Below, in pieces: positions 15,467-24,449 of a stretch of 43,160 nt of DNA. The notes under the pieces are model-generated. The model was not told where the DNA came from and did no database searches. It saw only the letters and a list, made by a program, of their open reading frames with translations. The translations under genes were made by a program, and so were the position numbers. The stretch is from a bacterium (lineage in GTDB: Bacteria; Patescibacteriota; Minisyncoccia; Minisyncoccales; CG1-02-41-26): contig JAZDKU010000041.1 of the NCBI GenBank assembly GCA_043802745.1, positions 1 to 43,160 on the forward strand, given 5' to 3'. Numbering within the stretch: the first letter of the stretch is position 1; every line of letters begins with the position of its first letter.

Positions 15467-16438
15467 ATGATTATTGAGGATATTGGAAAAATGTATAAAA
15501 AGGCCTTGGTAACAGGCGGGGCAGGGTTTATTGGCAGTCATATTTGTGAGGACTTGCTTGTTTCTGGCATAAAGGTTGTTTCTCTTGATGATTATTCGGC
15601 TGGCAAAGAAAAAAACCATAGCCATTTAGAAAAGCACCCAAATTTTTCAGCTGTAAAATGCGATATTACCAATAGCCAAGAGCTGTCAAAACATTTTCAA
15701 GGGGTTGACTTGGTTTTTCACAACGCTGCTTCTAAGAAAAACATTTGTTTGAAAGATCCAAGAAGGGATTTGGATGTTAATGCAGGGGGCACTTATAATA
15801 TGCTGGAACTCTCTAAGGAAAATGGCGTTAAAAAGTTTGTTCATGCTTCAACAGGCTCGGTTTATGGGGAAGCGCAACACATCCCCCAAAACGAGCAACA
15901 CCCATTAAATCCTGTTTCTTATTATGGGGTTAGCAAGTTGGCTGGCGAAAAATATGCTATTTTGTTTAATAAACTATTCGGTCTTAACGTTACGGTTTTG
16001 CGGTATTTTCATGTTTTTGGTTCTCGCCAAGAATCAAATGAGTTTGGCGGGGTTGTACCAATTTTTATAAGAAGTTTACTTGAAGGTCATCAGCCAATTA
16101 TTTTTGGCGACGGCAAACAAGAGAGAAGCTTTACCTATGTTAAAGATGTTGTAAAAGCAAATTTGTTAGTGGCTGTTAAAGAAAAATCAACTGGGGAAGT
16201 ATATAACTGCGCTTCTGGCATTTCAGTTACAATTCAAGAGCTGTGCGAGAAAGTTATTGAAGAGTTTGGCAAAAAAGGAATTGTGGAGCCAAAGTATGAA
16301 GATTGGTTAATTGGGGATATAAAAAAGTTCAACATTGACAACGCAAAGATTAAATCGCTAGGCATGGAATTTGAAACAGATTTTCATAAAGCGCTCAAAA
16401 CCACTATTGAAGAAACAAAAAAGTATTTAAACTCATGA
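15467..16438 (+). CDS. NAD-dependent nucleotide-sugar epimerase/dehydratase (extended SDR)
   Basis: VTGGAGFIGSH, STGSVYG, YGVSK. Start could also be ATG 15491. Confidence 0.9.
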   Translation: MIIEDIGKMYKKALVTGGAGFIGSHICEDLLVSGIKVVSLDDYSAGKEKNHSHLEKHPNFSAVKCDITNSQELSKHFQGVDLVFHNAASKKNICLKDPRRDLDVNAGGTYNMLELSKENGVKKFVHASTGSVYGEAQHIPQNEQHPLNPVSYYGVSKLAGEKYAILFNKLFGLNVTVLRYFHVFGSRQESNEFGGVVPIFIRSLLEGHQPIIFGDGKQERSFTYVKDVVKANLLVAVKEKSTGEVYNCASGISVTIQELCEKVIEEFGKKGIVEPKYEDWLIGDIKKFNIDNAKIKSLGMEFETDFHKALKTTIEETKKYLNS

Positions 16439-17559
16439 AGGATGTATCTTTATTGGTTATTTCAACTTATGGCGTAGGATTGAAAGTATGGAAAGACGGT
16501 GGTTTATATGACCGTGAGATTGGCTATTATAAAAAATTGGGAAAGTATATAGATGGGTTTGGCATTATGGTTTATGATAAAACCAACGAAAAGCCGTTTG
16601 ATGGGGGTTATGATTATTACTATAACCGCTATAAAATACCGAATATCATTTTTAGCTTTATTTGGCCTTTTTTAAATTTTAAGGCAATCAAAAAGTATAA
16701 TATAATAAGAACTAACCAGTTTTCTGGGGCTTGGGTGGGGTTATTAATAAAATTACTGCATAAAGAAAAGGTTTTTGTAATGAGGGGTGGCTATGCCTGG
16801 CATGCTAATAAAAAAGGATTTATTGCTTGGCTTATTGATGCTTCAATGAGTATTTGCTTGAAATTTGCTGATTTGGTTTTTTTTGTTTCCCCAGAAGACA
16901 GAGATGATTACTTGAAAAAATACGGCCAAGGATTTATAGCAAAATGTAGAATTTTGCCTAATTCCATTGATACGGATTTATTCAAGCCAAATAATAATCC
17001 TTCTGGCGATGGCAAAATTCATATTGCTCTTGTTGGCCGATTAGTTGAAATGAAAAACTTCCAATCAGCATTAATGGCCATTGCAAATTTAAAAGAAGAA
17101 TTAAAAAGTCAAGTGTGTGTTGATATTGTGGGATTGGGAGATTTTGCTGATAATTTAGTTGGTATTGCCAAAGAAAAAAAATTAAATTATAAATTTTGGG
17201 GGCCGTTAGCTAACAATGAAATTGCTAAAATTTTAAGTAATTCTGATATTTATTTATTGCCCCAGCTTTTTGCCTCTGGAATGAGCAAAGGTATTTTAGA
17301 AGCAATGGCTTGTGGCAATGTGGTTATTGTTTCAGATATTGAGGCTCACAAAACTACAGTTGAGGATAAGGTTGACGGGTTTCTTTGCAGAACCGACATT
17401 AAAAGCATTCAGGAGAAGTTAGATTATGTAATAGAGCGCCTTTCTTTTGAGGAAATAAAAAATTTAAGAAAAAAAGCAGTGGAAAAAGTGGAGAGTTTAT
17501 TCTCTATGGAAAAAACTGCAGAAAAAGAGTTTCAATATTTAAAATCAAAATCAAAATAA
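16435..17559 (+). CDS. Glycosyltransferase family 4 (GT-B)
   Basis: PNSIDTDLF, VGRLVEMKN, ILEAMACGNVVIVSD; ATGA overlap with the upstream gene. Confidence 0.85.
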   Translation: MKDVSLLVISTYGVGLKVWKDGGLYDREIGYYKKLGKYIDGFGIMVYDKTNEKPFDGGYDYYYNRYKIPNIIFSFIWPFLNFKAIKKYNIIRTNQFSGAWVGLLIKLLHKEKVFVMRGGYAWHANKKGFIAWLIDASMSICLKFADLVFFVSPEDRDDYLKKYGQGFIAKCRILPNSIDTDLFKPNNNPSGDGKIHIALVGRLVEMKNFQSALMAIANLKEELKSQVCVDIVGLGDFADNLVGIAKEKKLNYKFWGPLANNEIAKILSNSDIYLLPQLFASGMSKGILEAMACGNVVIVSDIEAHKTTVEDKVDGFLCRTDIKSIQEKLDYVIERLSFEEIKNLRKKAVEKVESLFSMEKTAEKEFQYLKSKSK

Positions 17560-17563
17560 TTAT

Positions 17564-18472
17564 ATGTTTAAAATATTAGTAACTGGAGGGGCTGGGTTTA
17601 TTGGTGCGCATTTGGTAAATAAATTAGTGGAGTTGGGGCATCATGTTTTGGTGATAGACAATCTTTCCACTGGTAAAAAAGAGAACATCAACTCAAAAGC
17701 CGAGTTTCATCAAATAGATATTTGTGACTTTGAAACAATGAATTTATATTTTAAAGACATTGATTATGTTTTTCATCTGGCTGCCTTGCCAAGAGTTTTG
17801 GTTTCAGTGGAAGACCCAATTAAAACTTCAAATGTTAACATAATGGGAACTATCAATGTTTTTGAGGCTGCCAGAAAAAATAATGTGAAAAGAGTGGTTA
17901 ATACCTCTTCTTCTTCGGTTTATGGCAACCAAGAGAAGTTGCCCCTTAAAGAGGATATGATTTTAACTCCAGTGAGCCCTTATGGTTTGCAAAAAATGGT
18001 TGGGGAGCGGTTTGCTGACCTTTACAGCGAGTTATATTCCTTAAAAGTTGTTTCCTTAAGGCCTTTTAATGTGTATGGTCCGGGGTTGGATTTTAGCTCT
18101 GATTATTCTTTGGCATTGGGAAGATTTTTGAAATTAAAAAAAGAAAACAAGCCCCTGACTATTGAGGGCGATGGTGAGCAGACCAGGGGATATTGTTATG
18201 TTGGGGACTTGGTTGAGGCATTTGTTTTGGCAATGCAAAGCCAAAAGATAAAGGGCGGGGAGGCAATAAACGCAGGTAGTGATAAGGCATACTCAATAAA
18301 TTTTTTAGCAGATTTGGTTGGAGGAGAAAAAGTTTATGGCCCTTCCAGAGTTGGCGATATCCGTCGCACTCAAGCCGATATTTCGAAGGCAAAAGAGTTA
18401 TTAAATTGGACTCCTAAGATGGATTTTATAGAAGGAGTTGAGATAACTAAAAAATGGTTCGATGAGCAATAA
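17564..18472 (+). CDS. NAD-dependent epimerase (UDP-hexose/HexNAc 4-epimerase-like)
   Basis: VTGGAGFIGAH, VFHLAA, SSSSVYG, SPYGLQK, GDGEQTR. Confidence 0.9.
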   Translation: MFKILVTGGAGFIGAHLVNKLVELGHHVLVIDNLSTGKKENINSKAEFHQIDICDFETMNLYFKDIDYVFHLAALPRVLVSVEDPIKTSNVNIMGTINVFEAARKNNVKRVVNTSSSSVYGNQEKLPLKEDMILTPVSPYGLQKMVGERFADLYSELYSLKVVSLRPFNVYGPGLDFSSDYSLALGRFLKLKKENKPLTIEGDGEQTRGYCYVGDLVEAFVLAMQSQKIKGGEAINAGSDKAYSINFLADLVGGEKVYGPSRVGDIRRTQADISKAKELLNWTPKMDFIEGVEITKKWFDEQ

Positions 18473-18484
18473 AATTTAAAACTT

Positions 18485-19375
18485 ATGATTAACAAAAAAA
18501 TTAACGAAATAACAATTGGGATAATGGGCGTGGGTATGGTGGGGGGAGCATTGAAAGATTATTTTGAAAAAAGGGGCAAGAAAGTTGGAGAAAACCTTTT
18601 TTTATACGATCCTTTTAAGGGTTTTGAGTCGATTGACGAAGTCAATAAGGCCGATGTTATTTTTATTTGCGTGCCAACACCTTATTTAAAAGGACCTGCC
18701 CTAAGGAGTCCGGCTGAGGCTCACTCGAAGCCCAAAGCCGAAGGGTTTGATTTGTCGTATGTGGAAGATGCTTTTTCTAAAATAAAAGGCGAAAAAGTAG
18801 TGGTTATAAAATCAACGGCCTTGCCAGGAACCACGCAAAAATTTCAAGACAAATACCCCCAGCACAAAGTTTTATTTAACCCAGAGTTTTTAACCGAGCT
18901 AACGGCCGAGCAAGATATGAGCTATCCAGACAGGCAAATTATTGGCTGCACAGAGCAGAGTTTTAATGTGGCCAAAGATATTATGATGCTTTTACCCCTA
19001 GCGCCTTATGAAAAAATAATGCCAGCCATTGAAGCTGAAATGGTGAAATATTTTGGCAATAATTGGTTTGCGGTGAAAGTATCTTTTGCTAATCAAATGT
19101 ATGATGTGTGCCAAAAACTAGGAATAAGCTATGACACAGTAATGGAGGGAGCATCAGCTGACAAAAGAATTGGGCCTTCGCATCTAGTGGTAATGCACAA
19201 GGGCTATAGGGGATATGGGGGCAAGTGCCTTCCAAAAGATATTAGAGCATTGATTCAGTTTGGAGATTCAATTGGGGTTGATTTGAAACTCCATAAAACA
19301 ACCGAAGAGATAAACAACGAATTGATGAAAATGCAGAACATTGATGACCCAGAAAAGTATTCTAAGCGCGAATAA
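18485..19375 (+). CDS. UDP-glucose/GDP-mannose 6-dehydrogenase family, short form lacking the C-terminal domain
   Basis: GVGMVG, CVPTP, IKST..PGT, NPEFL, AEMVKY..N, GYGGKCLPKD; ends about 45 aa after the catalytic Cys. Confidence 0.88.
   Translation: MINKKINEITIGIMGVGMVGGALKDYFEKRGKKVGENLFLYDPFKGFESIDEVNKADVIFICVPTPYLKGPALRSPAEAHSKPKAEGFDLSYVEDAFSKIKGEKVVVIKSTALPGTTQKFQDKYPQHKVLFNPEFLTELTAEQDMSYPDRQIIGCTEQSFNVAKDIMMLLPLAPYEKIMPAIEAEMVKYFGNNWFAVKVSFANQMYDVCQKLGISYDTVMEGASADKRIGPSHLVVMHKGYRGYGGKCLPKDIRALIQFGDSIGVDLKLHKTTEEINNELMKMQNIDDPEKYSKRE
18695..18745. repeat. Nested REP-like in-frame insertion in the dehydrogenase
   Basis: CCTGCCCTAAG-GAGTC-CGGCTGAGGCTCACTCGAAGCC-CAAAGCCGAAGGG encodes PALRSPAEAHSKPKAEG in the loop after CVPTP. 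Confidence 0.6.
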
Positions 19376-19376
19376 T

Positions 19377-20378
19377 ATGAAAAAACCTTTAGCTAAATTG
19401 GGGGTTGGTCCGATGAGTTTAGAAATCATTGAAGCGGTTTTTAGGTATTCAGATACCAAAGAAAGTCCATTGATGTTAATTCCTTCGCTTAGCCAGATAA
19501 ATTTTAGCGGTGGCTATGTTAATAATTGGACTACGACCCAGTTTGCAGAATTTATTGCCTTAATGCGCAAGAAATACCAGAAAGCCGTTGTTTATATGTG
19601 TCGTGATCACTGCGGGCCAGGGTTTAATGGTGATAATTTGCTTGATGTGCAAAAAAATATTGATGATGACATTGATAATGGGTTTAATCTTATCCATATT
19701 GATTTTAGTAAATTAAAAGGGTCTTATGATGATATTTTGCAAGAATCCAAAAAAGCCATAATAAACATTAAGGCAAAAAATCCACAAGTAATGATAGAGG
19801 TGGGCACTGACGAAAACACAGGAGCTTTTTTAGAAGATATTGAACGAATTGAAAAAGAAATGCAGTTTTTTACCTCAATTTGCCCAATTGAATTTTTTGT
19901 CTGCCAAACTGGAAGTTTAGTAAAAGAAGTAAATCAGCGAGGAGGTTTCAATGCTTCATTTTTAGAAAAAGTTAAAGAAAAAGCTGATAAATTTAATCTG
20001 GCATTAAAAGAACATAATGCCGACTATCTAGACAGCAGTTTAATAGGCCAAAGAAAAGGTATAATTAGCGCTTTAAATGTTGCCCCGCAGTGCGGTGTTT
20101 TACAAACGCAGTTAACCATAGAAAAGTGTTTGTTTTATGGTATTGACTTCACTGATTTTTTGCAAGAGGCCTATAACAGCCGAAAGTGGGAAAAGTGGAT
20201 GGATAAAAGCCAGCCATCAAATGCTTTTTTGTGTTCTATTATTGCTGGACATTATGTTTTTGCTGGGGAGTCCTATAAAAAATTATTTTATAAAATAAGC
20301 CAAAGAGAAAACTTTCAAGAAACAGTGATTAACTATTTTATAGATTATATAAATTATTATGTGGAAAATTTTAGCTAA
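19377..20378 (+). CDS. Class II aldolase/tagatose-bisphosphate aldolase (GatZ/KbaZ)-like TIM-barrel protein
   Basis: GVGPMS, SQINFSGGYVN, CRDHCGPG, IHIDFS, EVGTDE, LKEHNADYL, NVAPQ.G; start moved to ATG 19377. Confidence 0.65.
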   Translation: MKKPLAKLGVGPMSLEIIEAVFRYSDTKESPLMLIPSLSQINFSGGYVNNWTTTQFAEFIALMRKKYQKAVVYMCRDHCGPGFNGDNLLDVQKNIDDDIDNGFNLIHIDFSKLKGSYDDILQESKKAIINIKAKNPQVMIEVGTDENTGAFLEDIERIEKEMQFFTSICPIEFFVCQTGSLVKEVNQRGGFNASFLEKVKEKADKFNLALKEHNADYLDSSLIGQRKGIISALNVAPQCGVLQTQLTIEKCLFYGIDFTDFLQEAYNSRKWEKWMDKSQPSNAFLCSIIAGHYVFAGESYKKLFYKISQRENFQETVINYFIDYINYYVENFS

Positions 20379-20982
20379 AGGAGCGTTGATTCTGCACAAT
20401 ATGGCTTACAGGGCAAGTTCCATTTTGGCAATAAAAGCAGAAGGAGGGTTGCACCCAAAACACCGGCTTATAAATTACCATCAGTTTTTTTTAGATAATA
20501 TAGAGAAGGGTAGCGTGGTGTTGGATATTGGCTGTTCAAGCGGAAACTTGGCTTTTGACTTAGCTAAAAAGGCAAGCAGAGTTGTTGGTATTGATTTAAA
20601 TAAAAACTATTTAAACAAGGCCAAGAAAAATAAGCAAGCCCAAAATATTGATTACATTTTAGGAGATGCTACAACTTACGAATTTAAAGAAAAGTTTGAT
20701 TTTATAGTTTTGTCTAATGTTTTAGAGCATATTGAAAAAAGAAAAGAATTTTTAGAGAAAATAAAGTCCTTGGCAAATAAGTTTTTAATAAGAGTGCCTA
20801 TACTAGATAGGGACTGGATTACTTTATATAAAAAAGAAATGGGCGTGGAATACCGCCTCGATAGAGGCCATTTTGTGGAATATACTAAGGATAGCTTTGA
20901 AAAAGAAATGAGAGATGCTGGCTTAAAAATAGAAAAGTTCTCAATAAATTTTGGAGAGATTTTGTGTGTAATTTTAGTGTAA
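20359..20982 (+). CDS. Class I SAM-dependent methyltransferase
   Basis: VLDIGCSSG, VVGID, FDFIVLSNVLEHI. Confidence 0.88.
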   Translation: MWKILAKGALILHNMAYRASSILAIKAEGGLHPKHRLINYHQFFLDNIEKGSVVLDIGCSSGNLAFDLAKKASRVVGIDLNKNYLNKAKKNKQAQNIDYILGDATTYEFKEKFDFIVLSNVLEHIEKRKEFLEKIKSLANKFLIRVPILDRDWITLYKKEMGVEYRLDRGHFVEYTKDSFEKEMRDAGLKIEKFSINFGEILCVILV

Positions 20983-20987
20983 AAAGT

Positions 20988-22811
20988 ATGAGTAGATATA
21001 TTTTAGGCATAAGTTGCTTTTACCATGACTCGGCTGCTGTTTTATTAAAAGATGGAGAAATTTTGGCTGCTTGCCAAGAAGAAAGATTTACCAGAAAAAA
21101 GCAAGACTCATCTTTTCCTAAAAACGCAGCTGATTATTGTTTGAAAGTAGCCAATATAAAAGCTAGTGATCTTGAATCAGTAGCTTTTTATGATAAGTCG
21201 TTTTTAAAATTTGAGCGATTATTAGAGACATATCTGCAATATGCGCCAAAAGGGCTAATTTCTTTTATTAAATCAATGCCAATTTGGATGAAGCAGAAGA
21301 TTTGGATAAAAGAACAAATTAAAAAAGAGCTTGGTTTTACTGGCGAGATAATCTTTCCTGAACACCATCAATCGCATGCGTCCTCGGCTTTTTTCCCCTC
21401 GCCATTTCATAAAGCTGCTTTTTTAACAATGGATGGCGTGGGAGAGTGGGCAACTACTAGCTTTGGTGTGGGAGAAGGCAACAAAATAAAAATAATGTCG
21501 GAAATTAACTTTCCGCATTCTTTGGGGCTTTTGTATTCAGCATTTACTTATTACACCGGTTTTAAGGTGAATTCAGGGGAGTATAAAGTAATGGGCTTAG
21601 CTCCCTATGGCGAGCCGAAATATAAAGATTTAATTTTATCTAAAATTGTTGATTTAAAAGATGATGGTTCTTTTAAGTTAGATATGGATTATTTTAATTA
21701 TTGTTCTGGTTTAACAATGACCAGTGAAAAATTTCACAAGACCTTTGGCGGTCCACCCCGTAAAAAAGAATCGCAGTTAACACAAAAAGAAATGGATTTG
21801 GCTCGTTCTGTACAAGAAGCAACCGAAGAGATTGTTTTGAAAATTGCCAAACACATTAAAAAAGAAACCAATCAAGATTATTTATGTTTGGCGGGCGGGG
21901 TGGCTTTGAATTGTGTGGCTAATGGCAAGTTATTGCAAAGCGGATTATTTAAAGATATTTGGATTCAACCCGCAGCTGGTGATGCTGGAGGGGCTTTGGG
22001 GGCTGCATTATTTGCCTGGTATCAGTGTTTAGGCAACGAGAGAATAGCTGATAATATTAATGACTTTCAAAAAGGTTCTTATTTGGGCCCAGAATTTAGC
22101 CAAGAAGAGATTAAGAAATATTTAGAAAGCAATCAAATTTCTTATCGCCAGTTAAATTATCAAGAAATAGTAGAAACAACCGCTGATTTAATAGCTCAAC
22201 AAAAAGTAGTTGGTTGGTTTCAGGGAAGAATGGAATTTGGGCCAAGGGCTTTAGGGGGGCGGTCAATTTTAGGGGACGCTCGTTCGGTTGAAATGCAGAA
22301 AACCTTGAACTTGAAAATAAAATTTAGAGAGAGTTTTCGGCCTTTCGCGCCATCGGTTTTAGCTGAAAAAGCAAGCGATTACTTTGAAATTGATAGAGAA
22401 AGTCCATATATGCTTTTAACAGCGCAAGTTAAAAAAGATCTTCTTCGCGAAATGACAAAAGAGCAAGAAAATTTATTTGGTTTGGAAAAACTCAATGTGC
22501 CACGCTCAACTATTCCAGCGATTACCCACATTGATTATTCAGCTCGTTTGCAAACTGTTAATAAAACAACTAATCCATTATATTATCGCCTGTTAGAAGT
22601 TTTTGACCAAAAACATAATTGTCCAGTTATTATTAATACTTCTTTTAATGTGAGGGGTGAGCCGATTGTTTGCTCTCCCAAAGACGCTTATCTGTGCTTC
22701 ATGAGAACAGAAATGGATTATTTGGTTTTGGGTAATTTTTTACTGGATAAAAAACAGCAAAAACAATTACAAAAAGACAGTAATTGGAAAAAAGAATTTG
22801 AGCTTGATTAA
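20988..22811 (+). CDS. O-carbamoyltransferase, NodU/CmcH/SxtI family
   Basis: ILGISCFYHDSAA, QEERFTRKK, EHHQSHASSAF, DGVGE, SGEYKVMGLAPYG, AGGVALNCVANG, GRMEFGPRALG, INTSFNVRGEPIV; ends FELD. Confidence 0.95.
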   Translation: MSRYILGISCFYHDSAAVLLKDGEILAACQEERFTRKKQDSSFPKNAADYCLKVANIKASDLESVAFYDKSFLKFERLLETYLQYAPKGLISFIKSMPIWMKQKIWIKEQIKKELGFTGEIIFPEHHQSHASSAFFPSPFHKAAFLTMDGVGEWATTSFGVGEGNKIKIMSEINFPHSLGLLYSAFTYYTGFKVNSGEYKVMGLAPYGEPKYKDLILSKIVDLKDDGSFKLDMDYFNYCSGLTMTSEKFHKTFGGPPRKKESQLTQKEMDLARSVQEATEEIVLKIAKHIKKETNQDYLCLAGGVALNCVANGKLLQSGLFKDIWIQPAAGDAGGALGAALFAWYQCLGNERIADNINDFQKGSYLGPEFSQEEIKKYLESNQISYRQLNYQEIVETTADLIAQQKVVGWFQGRMEFGPRALGGRSILGDARSVEMQKTLNLKIKFRESFRPFAPSVLAEKASDYFEIDRESPYMLLTAQVKKDLLREMTKEQENLFGLEKLNVPRSTIPAITHIDYSARLQTVNKTTNPLYYRLLEVFDQKHNCPVIINTSFNVRGEPIVCSPKDAYLCFMRTEMDYLVLGNFLLDKKQQKQLQKDSNWKKEFELD

Positions 22812-22816
22812 AACAT

Positions 22817-23209
22817 ATGAAAAATGAATTAAAGAAATTTGGAATGGTAATGGCAGGAGCTTTTATTATTTTGGGAATCTTATTTCGCTTTAAGAGTCAT
22901 TTACTTACTGCAACAATTCTTGCTTTGTTTGGATTTTTATTCGCTTTTTTTGGTTTGTTTTTGCCAAAGGCATTAAGGCCAATTAATTTCATTTGGATGA
23001 AGTTTTCTTTGGCTTTGGGGTTTGTTATGACCAGGATTATTTTAGCTATAGTGTTTTTTTTGATTGTTACACCCGTGGCTGTTATAGCTAGAATTTTTGG
23101 CAAACATTTCTTGGATTTGGAGATTGATAAAAATAAAAAAAGCTACTGGCAAAAAAAAGGCGATGTTCCCCAAAACTTACCAACTAATTTTTATGAAAGA
23201 CAATTTTAA
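22817..23209 (+). CDS. SxtJ-family membrane protein
   Basis: ELKKFG, hydrophobic helices, WMKFSLALGFVMTRIIL..VFFLIVTP, KSYW, terminal ERQF; directly after the carbamoyltransferase. Confidence 0.88.
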   Translation: MKNELKKFGMVMAGAFIILGILFRFKSHLLTATILALFGFLFAFFGLFLPKALRPINFIWMKFSLALGFVMTRIILAIVFFLIVTPVAVIARIFGKHFLDLEIDKNKKSYWQKKGDVPQNLPTNFYERQF

Positions 23210-24254
23210 AAAATTTGTTTTTGCTTTGTTACCTCTTTTTCTATTATTACTTTTGGCTGAAACAGGAGCGAGATATTTTTACTATGAAAGAACTGGTAAA
23301 AATAAAGGTGCTTTGGCAATTATCGCTGTTGCCAATGAAGTGAGGTTTAAGGTTTTGTCTAAAATGGCAAGCCGATTTGTCGCAACATTGCCTAAAGAAC
23401 AAAACCTTTGGCAAGCTTTATACTCTGCTCAGGGTAAACAATTATTAGATGAATTTAAGGCAAGATACGAAGAAAATTTTGAAAAATTAAATCAAGAGAT
23501 TGTTTCTAATAAGGCCAAGCTTATTGTTTTATATTTGCCTTCCGATGACTATAAGAATCCTGAACAGCTTCTTTTTTCTAAGCTAAACAGGGAGTTTTTT
23601 AAATCATTGGCAGAAAAATACAAAGTTGATTATTTGGATTTAACTGATATTTTTTTCCAATATCCAGAAGACCAAATTACTTTATTGCCGGAAAACGGCC
23701 ACCTTTCTCGGTTTGGTAATCAAATTGTTGCTTTAGAGTTAGGGAATTTTTTGGAAAAAGAAGGATATAAAAATCAAAAAAGCGATTTTTCGTTTAGTAA
23801 ACGTCCGAAAATTATGGGCGATTTATCACCAAACGATAACACTGTTTGGGGGTATGGGCCAACAATGCCTTACCGGGTTATTAGTAATAAGCAAGGGTTT
23901 AGGATGGATTATGATTTGGCATTCCCCAAGCAAAAACAGAGAGTTCTGGTTTTGGGCGATTCTTTTTCATTCGGACCATATTTAAATAATCACGATACTT
24001 ATCCTGTTTTGCTTAATAAAAAATATCCGGAAAAAGAAATTATTAATGCTGGTATAGCTAGCTATACTATTACTGACGAGGTATCATTATTTTTAGAAAG
24101 AGCAAAGTTTGTAGAGCCAGACATAGTTGTTTTACAGGTTTTAGATAATGATATACCAGGGTTTTTTGCTTCGAGCATGAATAAATTCAATCGTAAAAAA
24201 ATTAGCGTTGTGCCATCAGCACTTGAAGTTGACTTCTTAAATAAGTTAAAATAA
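23193..24254 (+). CDS. Membrane-anchored SGNH/GDSL-like protein with permuted block order
   Basis: N-terminal TM helix (LLLAETGAR); ENGHLSRFGNQIVA at 23691; NKQGFR, VLGDSFSFG at 23955, INAGIASY, PDIVVLQVLDND; start set to ATG 23193. Confidence 0.75.
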   Translation: MKDNFKKFVFALLPLFLLLLLAETGARYFYYERTGKNKGALAIIAVANEVRFKVLSKMASRFVATLPKEQNLWQALYSAQGKQLLDEFKARYEENFEKLNQEIVSNKAKLIVLYLPSDDYKNPEQLLFSKLNREFFKSLAEKYKVDYLDLTDIFFQYPEDQITLLPENGHLSRFGNQIVALELGNFLEKEGYKNQKSDFSFSKRPKIMGDLSPNDNTVWGYGPTMPYRVISNKQGFRMDYDLAFPKQKQRVLVLGDSFSFGPYLNNHDTYPVLLNKKYPEKEIINAGIASYTITDEVSLFLERAKFVEPDIVVLQVLDNDIPGFFASSMNKFNRKKISVVPSALEVDFLNKLK

Positions 24255-24259
24255 GTAAT

Positions 24260-24418
24260 ATGTCTAAAGTATCTATTCTTGTCGAGTTTTGGCAGTTTTT
24301 AAAAGGCAGCAAAAAATGGTGGCTTTTGCCCATTGTTGTTTTTCTTTTAGGTATAGGCGTTTTATTAGTGGCTACAGAGGGTTCTGCCTTGGCCCCATTT
24401 ATTTACGCCTTGTTTTAA
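24260..24418 (+). CDS. SxtK/DUF5989-family small membrane protein (52 aa, missing from the ORF track)
   Basis: Hand translation: MSKVSILVEFWQFLKGSKKWWLLPIVVFLLGIGVLLVATEGSALAPFIYALF*, with the KKWWLLP...APFIY.LF signature. Confidence 0.9.
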   Translation: MSKVSILVEFWQFLKGSKKWWLLPIVVFLLGIGVLLVATEGSALAPFIYALF

Positions 24419-24449
24419 AAATGGTAAAGGGCTGGGCTTTACCATTATT

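Noticed and set aside
18485-19375. Pseudogene call for the short dehydrogenase
   Set aside because: All catalytic motifs are intact, the insertion keeps the frame, no remnant of the missing domain follows, and the next gene starts 1 nt after the stop.
20988-24418. Saxitoxin biosynthesis (sxtI/J/K homologues)
   Set aside because: No sxtA, sxtG or other core genes. The trio occurs widely outside toxin clusters and the context here is glycan synthesis.
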